From Podarcis muralis (Eukaryota), in NCBI RefSeq assembly GCF_964188315.1, contig NC_135664.1, forward strand, positions 7,068,001 through 7,132,000: a stretch of DNA of 64,000 nucleotides, read 5' to 3'. The translations under genes were made by a program, and so were the position numbers. Shown here one piece after another: positions 52,855 to 64,000 of the stretch (the stretch's first letter is position 1; each line of letters begins with the position of its first letter). The notes beneath the pieces are model-generated. The model had not been told where the DNA came from. It did no database searches and saw only the letters and a program-made list of their open reading frames with translations.

Positions 52855-52974
52855 CTGTATTGTTTTAATTAGTGTTTTTATAGTTGTTTTGATTTTGTGT
52901 GGAGTGCCCTACCTGGGTGGATGGAGCAGCCAAGTAATTTCGTTGTCCCCGAGAGGGGGCAATGACAATAAAGA

Positions 52975-53012
<38 letters not shown>
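52855..53012 (+). mobile_element. LINE 3' end (Rex1/Babar-like) with (ATT)n tail
   Basis: AATTTCGTTGT...CAATGACAATAAAGAT followed by (ATT)n. Confidence 0.55.
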
Positions 53013-53013
<1 letters not shown>

Positions 53014-56000
53014 AAGCGAACTGGCAGTGACTTTTCAAAGTGCATAGAGTAACACCTAAACAGTCTTGAGATATATATGAAAATACCTCTATATTGCTTA
53101 AAGAACACATGTGAGTAATCCACAGTAGCTGAATTTGCCCAATCCTGAGATTCTAAGCTCAATGGCCTGATTCACATGTCACACTAAGCCAGGCTTCTAG
53201 AGAGGAAATGGAGGCCACTTTGCTCTGAAATAGCTGTTCAGCTGCTGGGCTGAGGTAAGCCATGGTTTGGTTTAGCATGTAGTCTGAAGCTGGGCTTGTG
53301 TTTCAGCTATTTCCTGGCAAACCATAAACTATAATCAAGGTTTGTCCTGTGGCTTGTGATATACTATTTATAAGCAAAAGAGGTAATATTTACACCTTCT
53401 GTTTCTTAACCCAAATATTTTTTTTATTTTCATTTGCATAACAGCATCGTCTCTTGAAACATTTGTTTATATGTAATCATACAGTATGTATTATTAACGT
53501 TTAGAATTGCACAAAAGACCAAATGCTGGTATATGGGATGAACACTATAATCTGAAGATTTAAACACAGAATTATTACTATTAATCTGTTATTAGTGTTC
53601 CGTCTGTGGGTAGCAGCAGGGTAACTGAGATTATCTTCCTTCAAATACTTAACGCGGCCCCATTAGGTGCTATAGGAAAATACTCTTTAAATGTGGGAAG
53701 CCACATTTGCATTCTGTCCATCTGATCAATCAAGCACTGCCTTAAAAACACTTAAGCTGTTAATTGCGCCCAAAATGCTTCTATGAATCAACTCTCAAGG
53801 TTGCATATTTAGCTCTTCTTTTTGCTATTTGCAGGAAGTGAAATGTCCTTGTTCTCTTTACATCTAGCTGTCACTTTCTGGGAGGGTGACTGATCAATTG
53901 CAGAATACTGTTCAAATAGGTGAAACAGGTGTGAAGAGGGGAGTCGCTAGCAGAGTTGGGCGCCCAGAGAGGCTTGCAAGAGCATCCTTAATGGAAACAG
54001 GCAAGGCCAGGACAAAGAAGAGAGCCTCAGCTGCGCATGGCGGTGCTTTGTTGCACAAAGTCTGGCCACAGGAAGGGAACGCTGAACAGGGACAGTAATG
54101 GACAGTGAGCCATTTCAGTGGAAAGGATACAGCATCACTCCCATCACTATCATAACCCAAGGGCTGTGTGGAGGTGGTACCACTCCCTCCCATAAAGGAC
54201 CTGCTAACAACAGCCAGGAGCTCTCAAAGTCAAGAAACAAGGTAATAACTGTTCTGATGCTGTTCCTGGGAAACTGAGGAAAATCTAGTATTTTTACTGG
54301 GATTGTACTATAAAACAACAGTGTAGCATTTATACAGTCATTTCAAGTGCCTAAAGCCCTTCACATGATCTCAGTAATTTTTTCAACAATCCACAAAGCT
54401 AGAGGAGCATTATCACCCCCATACAGCATATGCAATTTTTAGGGCAAGAGAAAGATATAAGCTGAACAACTTGGTGACCAGGTTGTTGGTTTCTGTCTGT
54501 CTCGAGACACTGGAGTGTGCCTCAAAAATGTTACACTTTTAAAAAGCTTGGGACAAATCTATTCTTTCTTTACCAAAATGGGTATCTTCATTTACAAGTC
54601 CTAAAGACAAGCTTCTGCAAGCCTTTTTGAATAGTGTTAACTTGTTCTATCATTTCAAGGAACAGGATTTCATTTAATTTCAAAAACTTTGAAATAAAAA
54701 AGGCTTCCTGAATTCCAGAAAACCCATGAACAAAAATATTCCCACCCTCAACTGAAAGAGAATTTTAACAACCCCTCCAAACCTGTCAACAAAACTACAA
54801 GAGGCATCTAAGTGACAGATCTCTTTTTTCTCATTTTCAAGCTTGCTTTATTTAGAAGAGTTATTAAGAAAAGTTGCACCATTACCACTTAATTAATCTT
54901 TGCTCTACTAAGAGATAAACCAGATGTGCTATTACGGTCTTTGTTCTTGTCTACATAAGGATGAGCCGATTATTTAGCTCCAAACAATAGGAGCTTGTAT
55001 TTAACAGCAAGATTAAAAAAAGGCAGTAAGTAACAAGCTTCAGCTGGATTTGTTTGATATAAAAACATAGGCACAACAGAAAAGAACAGGAGCTGCCCAA
55101 CTATAGCTCAGTTAAAGATATCACACCAATTCATTGTTCGTACTAATCTTAATTTAGAATGCAAAGCACTGTTTGAGCTTCCAAAAGTACAGCACAAAAC
55201 CCAGTTTGTCTGCTTCTGTTTCCCATCCTCTGAGTATTCCCCTTCATAATTTCATGATAGTCTCCATGATCCAGCAGCCTCTGGAAGTGCAGCAATAGCT
55301 GTTAACTACAAATTTATCATTTCAGACATCACACAAAGCAACAGATAACCTTCCTTGACCATGGTGTGTGTTGCCTGTACGGAGTTATGCCACTTACATA
55401 AAAACAAACTGAGCAAAGCTAATCAGTAAACTGGGGTTTCTCCTCTGAACAGCAGGCTTCCAAGCATGACCTTGGGAAAAATGCCCCCACTCATGGAATT
55501 AAAAAAAACCACTTTCTGCAGACTCCAAGACTAGTTCTACTGAAGTACATGAATGAGTTAATACACAGAGAAAAGTCAGCTCAGAAATGCAGTCAAACAC
55601 CATTAGCAAATGCTTTCACTTGAACTTCTATCAAGGTTTGGAGCAGAAATGTTACCAGAATTTAATTGCTGGCTTGCAACTGGAAATCCATATATAAGAG
55701 CAGGGATGAACATCCTACGATTCTAATTCTTAGGGACCAGCATCTATTTTTACGGTATTTTGCTGAGAAACTGTAAGAACTAAATAATGGTGATTTTCCA
55801 TCATTGCTCTTTCCCAGGCTTCGTGTAACCAAAGGTCAACAAAATCTTCATTTGCTGGTAACCAAGTAGATCATATTCACCAAAAACAAAATAAAAATAC
55901 AATATTAAGACATACCACCCAGAAAACTTACACTCCCTTGATAATATAAAATGGTACAATCTGCAGTTTCCAAAGTAGTCAGATAATCTTTCGTCTGTGT

Positions 56001-59000
56001 AAAATTTCCAAATGTCCATTAATTTCTACTAAAAATAACAAAATACTGAGATCACTTGTGAGAATCTTAGTAAATAGATGCAAAGTGACAACATCAGTGA
56101 ATTGAATAGAAATATGCATCATAATATGTAGCACATTACATTTAATAAAGTCTGATTAGCTGCAAAACATAAACTAGGAAAAAAGCTTCCATTTTCAGAA
56201 GAGGAAAAAGGTTTAAAATCAATTAAAATGACTACGACTTATTAGTGACTGCATCTCATCACCTTTAATTTGTTTTTTTAAAATAAAACATTCTAATGGG
56301 AAATATGGTGTTTTTCTCTTTTCTTCTTTTTGTTCACACCAATGGCAAGCCTTGACATTCTATTAGTAATTTGCTATAAAAAGTACAGCCTGCTCATTTT
56401 CTTCAGTGCAACAGCAGGTTCTCTGAAAGTGCCACATTTCATACTGAAGTGCTAACCAAAGCTACCATGCTGCGCTTTCTACACGTCTAACTTGAATGTT
56501 CTTGCCACATTTGTCACAAGTGAAAGTTTTAAAGAAATAACAAGAAAATTATGGCCTTTTAAACTTCTTTCCATCCCCTTTTCTCCCTCTGAAGTGCAAG
56601 GTACACTTCAGCTGAATGAGCTGGTGACAACTCATTCCATCTGGCCTAAGAGGTGGATTTTATTATCAGCTATCAAGGCAAGACTTGCAGAAAACCTTGT
56701 TTTAAAGAAAGAAGCTCTTAGTCAATTCAGAATCCCTTGTCCATTCTAATTTTTCAACAGAATGACTTAAGACTGACCAACTATATAGGCATGTACATTT
56801 ATAGACAAAATTTATAAACACCTAAATAGCCTATTCTTCCAGTAGTTGTCTGAAAAGTGAAAGGGGACTGACCATTTTTTGGGACAAGCCATAAAAAAAC
56901 TCACCAAAACAATACCATTGTGCACAATCTGATGGGATTTTTTGTTCTGCTCAAGAATCACTGGAATTATGGAAACTACAGAAGTTTATCCATGCTCTTA
57001 TGTGGTGGTCTCCATTCATTTCATACCAAGGAAAATACTCCAGGAATCAGTTTGGGATGTAATTTACAGAACCAGTGAAAAATAAGGATAGTTATAGCCA
57101 TGGCAATGCTTGGTAGAAGACTATAACTATTAAATTGACTTATTTCTTCAACAGAGAAACACAACAAGTAAGGTTCCTTTCCAGCCTATGTAGCTGACAC
57201 CACAGACTCTTCCCATGGGGAAATGAGTCAAAAACCCCTAAACCTTAGACCTTATTTTGGAAACAACAGTTTATTTAAGTTCATCAAGCCCTTTGGTTTG
57301 GAAAATATCCCTATATTTCTGTGATGAGTTGTTAGACAAGTCTCTCGCTGGATTTAATCACTACATAAACTTTGGACAATAATTAAGAGCACAGTAATTG
57401 GAGCTTGCCAGGTTCAATCCATTTGAAACAGATAAGAAAAGTCGTGACAGGGGGATAATCTGTCACATTGTCCCTCCTTCAAAAGCCCAAACATTTTGGT
57501 TGTTATTCAAACACAGTCCCTTTGGCTCTCTCCAGCTGGAAGCATGGTGAAAGTAGGGCTCATTATTTTGACTGAGTCACATCATATTAGCATTCAGTAT
57601 TTCGGTCTAAGTGATACAGCTGTAAGTGCATTCTTAATCAAATCAAAAGCTTAAGTTATACCTCATGGCCAAATTTTGGTTAGAAACTGTGATATCCAGG
57701 ACTATGCCTTGCTGAGAAATCTTTGTCCCTATGACTAAAAGAGATAAGTTCCAGACAGCACCATTTTGATAATTATATGGTACACTCTACTCCATGACTA
57801 AGGTTTGTGGTGACTTTGTGGAAACTCAGCTGCTTGCTCCGGGGGCTTTCAAATTCTTAAACTGAGATTTATCTATGTCAAGGTTCAAGAAAAGCAGTCT
57901 GGTGAGCTACCACCAGCTCACAGTGGTGGCCCCTCTGTCCCCTACCTGCCACCACAGGGATTTCTGAAGGATCATCTTGGCCTGAGGAAAGCAGAAGTCA
58001 AAGCTTGCACTGTTCTGCTTCCCTTTTTATACTAACATTTAAAAAACCCCAACAACTGACACTGATTGCTATCATAGTCTTTTGTGAAATCAATGCTATA
58101 AAGGAGGAATGGGGAACCTGTGGCCCTCCAAATGTTGTCCCATCATCCATGGGCTTTGACCATCTTGGTTGGGGTTGATAGGAGTTAAGAGTCCAACATT
58201 ATCTGGAGTGCCAAAGTTCCTCATCTCTGCTGCAAATCGTCAACTTATTAAGTACTGGGACTTAAAGAGTTTGACAGTAGTATACTACAGAAATACTACT
58301 AATTTTATCCAGCAAATTAAATAGACATTATATGTGTATCTAAGCAGGACAGATGCCTTCTCCTTATCATAAATATTATGAAGGGAACTGTAATGCTACT
58401 TGGTATGTAACATGATCTGCCCTTTCCTGTTGCTAGCACAGTGTAAACAAATGCAGTTCCTCATGAGTAAATACAGTGAACAACCAAGGTCCTTCCTTTC
58501 GATGCAACAGTCACTTTAATATGATGTAGTGGACAGAATGCTGTCCTAGAACCTGCAGGATCCAGGTTCAAATTTCTACGTGGCCATGAAGCTTGTGTCA
58601 GTCACTATCTTTCAGCCTATTCTGCAGCTCAGGGTTGTCGCAAGGACAAAGTGGGCAAACTATATAGAAGTTCTTTTCAGCACCTTTGTGGAAGGTCGAT
58701 ATGAATGTGGAAAGACAGATAGCTCCTTTTATGATCAACTCTTGGTCAGACTAATCACACAGGGGCCCACTTATCTTCTCTACACCTGTTCTTAAATGTA
58801 TTTGTTATTTCTGTAGGAAGGAACCTGTTTATGTAATATACCCTGTAATTTGGGGCACTAATACATTCACTGGGCAGATTCCAGTAGAGCAGAGCACAAT
58901 TCTTTAGGGTCCGTTAGTTAAACATTAACAAACAGTGCATGTAATCTTATCAAGAATTTGTCCAGTATTTCTTCTATCCACCCCCAGAATGTAGCAAAGA

Positions 59001-59336
59001 TTTAGTGCTTGTCATCTAACTCCTCTAGCCTAAACTTCAAGATGCTATCTCCTTGTAGGAAATGAGTTCAATGACATGTAACGGAAACCACAAAAGGAAT
59101 GATTTAATAGCCATACAAAATATACTCACTTTTCAATTTCCAATAATAACTTCTCTTCTCCTTTGCAATGATCCAGTCAAAAGTGACAACACATCAAGGT
59201 AAAAGTTGGACAGTTTCTAGAGTACATAATCACCAGGGAGAGGAATCCTGCATCACTTTTATCACATATGAACGTTCTTAGTGAAGGATTATCAAACTTT
59301 CTATCCACAGGTCATATCAAATTGTCTTCTGAGAAG

Positions 59337-59870
59337 CCAGGTGGGTCCAGGGAGTAGTTAATGCCTCACTGTGAGAAGCAGTGGTACTAGCTTCATTAAA
59401 GGAGGTGGTGGAGGATCCCCTCCTTAAGAGGATCTCCCTGGACCCAGAAGATTGCGAAAACATCTCCGCTCAAGGGGGTGGTGTCCGTGCAACTTGAAGT
59501 TTGTTTTAAAGAAGTTTATTATCCTGACCCATTTCAATTTTAGCATTGAAAGAGCTTTGGTTGCCCTAACCAATGATCCGCATTGGGAGAGAGGCAGGGG
59601 GAATGCAACTCTGTTGGTTCTCCTTGATCTCTCACTGGCTTTGGATTCCATTGACCAAGGTATCCTGGATCAGCAATGCAGACTGTGAGTTTGAAGCACA
59701 GTGTTTCAGCAGTTCCACTCCTACCTACAAGTAGGTTTCAGGGAGTGACCATGGGGAAGCGGGCTTGCTTGGCTCACTGGCAAGTCCTACAACACCCATA
59801 TGAAGCCACTGGAAGGGTGATCTGTGGAGTGGTATTATCAATATGCAGATGAGACCCAGTTTTCCCTAGA
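59337..59870 (+). mobile_element. Decayed L2 reverse transcriptase fragment
   Basis: VVNASL, LKEVV..PLLKRISLDP, ALVALTND...TLLVLLDLSLALDSIDQGIL and a YADET remnant of YADD. Confidence 0.75.
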
Positions 59871-60032
59871 ACAGTTTTAAAACCACTCTGGAGCGTGGTC
59901 CTATCTGCAGCATAGCAGGACAGAAGCAACCCTGTACTTTCTCTAGCACAGGTACAAACCTATATCAAGATGTTAGAGGGAAGTGGGACAGCTTAGCTTC
60001 TCCTCTCTCATGATAAACTAGTGTTTTAACTA

Positions 60033-60274
60033 CAGTGGTACCTCGGGTTACATACGCTTCAGGTTACATACGCTTCAGGTTACAGACTCTGCTAACCCAG
60101 AAATCGTACCTCAGGTTAAGAACTTTGCTTCAGGATGAGAACAGAAATCGTGCTCCGGCGGCCCGGCGGCAGCGGGAGGCCCCATTAGTTAAAGTGGTGC
60201 TTCAGGTTAAGAGCAGTTTCAGGTTAAGAACGGACCTCCGCAACGAATTAAGTACTTAACCCGAGGTACCACTG
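60033..60274. mobile_element. Tigger-like MITE
   Basis: TA TSD and perfect TIRs. Internal 16-bp tandem duplication GGTTACATACGCTTCA. Confidence 0.87.
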
Positions 60275-61455
60275 TACTGTGGAGCACGTCTTTTCTTACA
60301 ACAAAGAAGAGGCCAGGATCAGGCTTATTATCTGTAGACTTCAATCCTAAATAAGTTCTACACCACATATTGCAAATGGTGCTATGGTAATTTTCTCTTC
60401 TAAGATATTTCTGTGTTGTATGAGGGAGGCTAGGGATCTCTGGCAGAGAAATCTGATAGTTGTTAGGAGCAAGTTGAATTATCAAGATGCATAATAACCA
60501 GTCAATACACAAATTCACGTCATGGAAGCTGTGCTCATAATCTATCCGTGAAGACAAACTAGTGTATATTTTCCTGTCGATATATATAATTTCTAACAAG
60601 TCTTGGGGAATGTGCATATTCTCAGTTGCATTTTGTACATTTTCTAAGCAGTATGTAAATATCTTAGTGGTTCTGATGATTAAGCAGATTTAAATCCTGT
60701 TAAATAAAATAAGATATGCATAGTGTCCAAGAAACACTGCAGAATGTGAATACTTCAGCCTAATTTGGTCATTTTGTGCTTCACCCATGCAATAAGGATA
60801 GTCTCCAAGTAACCTCCGATAATGTGCAGGAAGTAGCTATATATGAAGGAATTTTGTATATTGATCATTCAACATACACTGTCCACCAGTAATGCTTGGA
60901 AATGTTCATAAATAACCAATAACTGTGCAGATTAATCTGAAGGCCTGACAGAATTCTACACACTGGTTCCACCTAGGAATCAGTCTGGCTCTAAGCACTC
61001 ACAGAATGGAAAATAAAGCTGACCTCTGGGATTATAAAAAATATAGCTCACATACAGCTTTCTCAGTGGGCCTTTAAAGCAATGCTTTAAAGGTTCCAGG
61101 AGAAGAAGTAGGCCATGTTGCCAGAGAAATCAATCTGACTAGGTGCAAGCAAAGATTGAGGAGGGAGCAGCAGGTGTCAAAGGAAAGTAATGATCAGTGA
61201 AAAGTGAGGGACAAAGTTATTTTTATGACTCACTCTCCAAGAAAACATAGACCTAACTCACTTCTCTGTAAGCCCAAACAGGCTATTTTTACAGAAAAAC
61301 AAGCAACTAACACTGACTAGGAAAATGAAAATAACCAAGAAGAGTCTTATTGTAGAATCTTATTTTTGCTTCTTTCCGATAGCAATGACTTCCAATTTAG
61401 CTCTCTCACTGCCACATTACTACAGTGATATTATCTGTATCTTGCTAAAAGATGC

Positions 61456-61860
61456 AGAGTTTTAGCAAGCAAGAATGCAAAAGTTGCAGACAATCTGATG
61501 GACATTTTCACTACTTTTGGAGATCCTAGTATTTTGCAGACTGTTAATGGGTGTGCCTTCAGCAACAGAGTAGTAGAGAAATTAATGGTAATGTGGCATG
61601 TCTTGAAAATCATTTATAGCAAGGCTTGCTCCTCAGGACTCTTTTGAGAGGGCAAACATATAAAACAGGTTGATCATTTGGCTACAAACCGAACAGACCT
61701 AAAAACAGGCAAAAGGACTGAAATTGTGCAGTTCATTATGCCCCATGCTTATCACATTTGGTTTAAACGGAGCCCACGACTGGCTTGAGAACCCTGATAT
61801 CTCACAAATTCTTGAAACAGAAGAGGAAGTAGAAAATGTTGTTGAACAGAAAGAGGGTGA
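61456..61860 (+). mobile_element. Decayed Ginger/GIN-type (KRBA2/SCAND3-like) DDE integrase fragment
   Basis: Translates as RVLASKNAKVADNLMDIFTTFGDPSILQTVNGCAFSNRVVEKLMVMW..KII, then after frameshifts ERAN (61646-61657), WLQT, KGLK and VQFIMPHAYHIWFKRSP. This matches the family motifs DIFTxFGAPxILQSDNGREF, VERAN and AYHSGIKRSP as I recall them. Confidence 0.75.
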
Positions 61861-61905
61861 AACTCAAAACATTACAAAAAACAGGAAATGGAAGTTGTAG
61901 CTGCA

Positions 61906-62220
61906 ACCAGTAGCACCAGCTACATGGGGCTGAAGGGGCCCCCTCAATATTTTGAAGCAGGGGGTCTAGCTCCCCCAATATTGAGGGGGCCGGCAATCCC
62001 CACTGCTGCTGGGCGCCCTCCGTGAACCACAGCCCCTGCCCAGAATCCCACAAGGGGGCTGGGACAAGTGAGGGCGATCTTTGCCTCTGCTTCTCCCAGC
62101 CTCTGCCTGGCAGCCTGGGAGGGAGTTGGGACAAGTGAGGGTGAAGACTGCCCTCCGTGCGTCCGGCCCCCACCTGGCACATGCCAAGTGTGGAGCCCAG
62201 TGACTTCGCTTCTCCTCCTC
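61906..62220. mobile_element. Truncated GC-rich TE fragment between the integrase relic and the PSMA2 retrocopy
   Basis: Abrupt composition change. 14-bp inverted repeat (61938-61951 / 61977-61990) and a repeated GGGACAAGTGAGGG. No second end or TSD found. Confidence 0.45.
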
Positions 62221-62221
62221 T

Positions 62222-62831
62222 GGCTTGCGAGCTGTTGCCACAGGAGCCCCATCAGTTGGAATTGCTGCTTAAATGGCGTGGTACTGGCAACAGGGAAAAA
62301 GCAGAAATCCATTCTGTATGATGAATGAAGCGTATGCAAAGTGGAATCCAAAATCAAACACATAGGCTTGGTATATGGCTGCTGATTACTGAGTACTTGT
62401 CCACACAGCACGCAAACTGGCCCAGCAGTTCTACTTGGTTTATCATGAACCTATTCTAACAGCTCAGCCAGTGCAAGGGGTTGTTTCTGTAATGCAAGAA
62501 TACACACAATCTGGGGGTGTATGCCCATTTGGTGTATCATTCCTATTATGTGAGTGGAATGAGGGATGACCATATTTATTTCAGCCTAATCCATCTGGTG
62601 CTTATTTTGCATGGAAAGCAACTGCAATGGGAAGACAACCATGTGAATGGGAAGACATTCCCTGAAAAGAGGTACAGGAAGACTTGGAGCTTGAAGATGC
62701 TATTGACACTGAAGGAAAGCTTTGAAGGACAAATGACAGAAGATAACATAGAGGCTGGCATCTGTAATAAGGCAGGATTGAGAAGAATCACTCCAACTGA
62801 GGTTAAGGATTACCTGGCTGCAACTGCCTAG
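62222..62831 (+). pseudogene. PSMA2: Processed pseudogene of proteasome subunit alpha type-2, lacking the first ~25 codons
   Basis: Intronless and collinear with PSMA2: [97 protein letters not shown] at 62326 and 62567 where PSMA2 has Arg, plus several frameshifts and deletions. Probable 3'UTR continues to about 63730 (ATTAAA and a short A-run). Confidence 0.93.
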
Positions 62832-62843
62832 TATGCATTAAGG

Positions 62844-63520
62844 CAGTGTTTCCCAACCTTTTTTGGGCAAAGGCACACTTGTTTGATGAAAAAAATCTCG
62901 AGGCACATCACCATTACAGCCCCGTGACGTCAGCGCGCAGCGTCACGCCGGGAGGGAAGGGCGTCGGGGCGCTGCTGCTGCCGCCGCCGCTCCCGGCAGG
63001 CATGGGCCCAGCTGAGGCGGCGGCGGCTGTTGTGGTGGTGGCGGCGATAGCGGGCGGAGGAGGGGGCGGCGGGGCCGAGGTGGCCGGCGGCGGCGGGGGA
63101 GGCGGCGGCGGGTGGAGCAGGAGGGCGGCCGAGGCCGGTGAGGGAGTAGGGTTGCCCGGGGCTTGAGGAGCCGTCGCCGGGAGTTGCTGCTGCTGTTGTT
63201 GCTGCTGCTGCCCGGACATGCCGGCCTCCTCCTCGTCCGCTGTCTCGCGCTCCTCCCTTTTGCGCGCGCTGCCCCGCCGCCGCCCCATTGGCCGGGTCCT
63301 GTCAGCTGATCCTGTGTTATTTCCTGTGTGTGTGTGTGAGGGGAGAATGGAGAGAGAAACCTCGGCACCACCACCGCGGAGCCGCCCCCGGCTCGATGCG
63401 GATCCTCGCCGCCGCCGCCCCGCCTCTCGCCGCCCGACTCGCCCGCCTCCCTCCCACGGCACACCAGGCAACGTCTCGCGGCACACTAGTGTGCCGCGGA
63501 ACACCGGTTGGGAAACACTG
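62844..63520. mobile_element. Non-autonomous hAT element (677 bp) with a GC-rich, gene-like insert
   Basis: Perfect 15-bp TIRs CAGTGTTTCCCAACC / GGTTGGGAAACACTG. Perfect 8-bp TSD CATTAAGG (62836-62843 and 63521-63528). Confidence 0.92.
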
Positions 63521-64000
63521 CATTAAGGAAGACTGCTTCGATATATACAAGGATCTTTTAAAAATATTTGGCTTCTGCAATCTCATTTCTACTTTATCTG
63601 CTAGATATTTTTTTTAAAGAAATATTATGGATTCAAATACTACTGTCCTAATATTGAAAATGTGGAATTATTGTTCTTTAAAATATTAAACACTGTACAA
63701 GAATACACAATATGATTTTTTTAAAAAAAAACCAAACAAATTCAAATGGCACCTTCACCTTTCTCATGCGTGCAAGAAAATATTACTTTAATGAAAACCA
63801 ATTCTAACACAACATATATAGAATATCTGCCATGTAAGCGGTTGGTATTACTGTTGAGTCACTCTCAGGAGGAAGTTTGAAGTGATACACCATATTTTCC
63901 TCCATCCTGCAAGGAACAGTACTAGAGAGAGGTGAAGCAGAAGCAGGCAAGGTGAGAATGAAAGCTCTTGTCCTTGGGAGTGGATGAGGAAACAGCATGA

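Noticed and set aside
53886-54310. GC-enriched, LTR-like stretch
   Set aside because: Could not define termini or a TSD.
8586-58660. tRNA-like A/B boxes as tRNA genes
   Set aside because: All are SINE heads followed by SINE bodies. None forms a full cloverleaf.
60430-60520. IDWLLCILIIQLAPNN, faintly like ORC5 LDRLLAILYSIV
   Set aside because: No GPKPFP motif or correct splice sites. The preceding ORC5 exon was not found in the window.
62846-63617. Alternative frames of the hAT insert, and resemblance to LHFPL3 (PGAAAAAAA) or GSK3A (FPPG V.L)
   Set aside because: Low-complexity matches only. Diagnostic flanking residues are absent, so no gene symbol was assigned.
63750-63998. Exon-like segment / 64-aa ORF on the minus strand
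   Set aside because: No ORC5 similarity in any frame and a weak donor (GTGAAG).
1-64000. CRISPR arrays, operons or prokaryotic defence systems; most 60-160 aa ORFs in the track
   Set aside because: The sequence is vertebrate intronic and intergenic DNA with no repeat-spacer arrays. The short ORFs are random or TE-derived.

Overview
Vertebrate genomic DNA, most likely a lacertid-type lizard (inferred from Sauria/Squam-type SINEs and squamate MITE families). Two genes lie on the minus strand in the tail-to-head arrangement known from the mammalian RELN-ORC5 region. RELN is represented by coding exon 1 (2265-2529) and its CpG-island promoter. ORC5 is represented by its last two coding exons (32792-32904 and 28646-28691); I found no further ORC5 exon, so 32905-64000 appears to be a single intron. 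The rest is intergenic or intronic DNA rich in transposons: L2 fragments, tRNA-derived SINEs, hAT and Tigger-like MITEs, solo LTRs, and Penelope-derived short elements with minimal hammerhead ribozyme motifs. The most unusual stretch is 61.4-63.7 kb. It stacks a decayed Ginger/KRBA2-like integrase, a PSMA2 processed pseudogene, and an intact 677-bp hAT element (15-bp TIRs, 8-bp TSD) that appears to carry a captured host promoter plus first coding exon (Pack-TE-like). The solo LTRs also share an acidic-then-basic ORF architecture; the intact one has an HMGN-like RRSAHL motif. All calls were made by eye, with no database searches.
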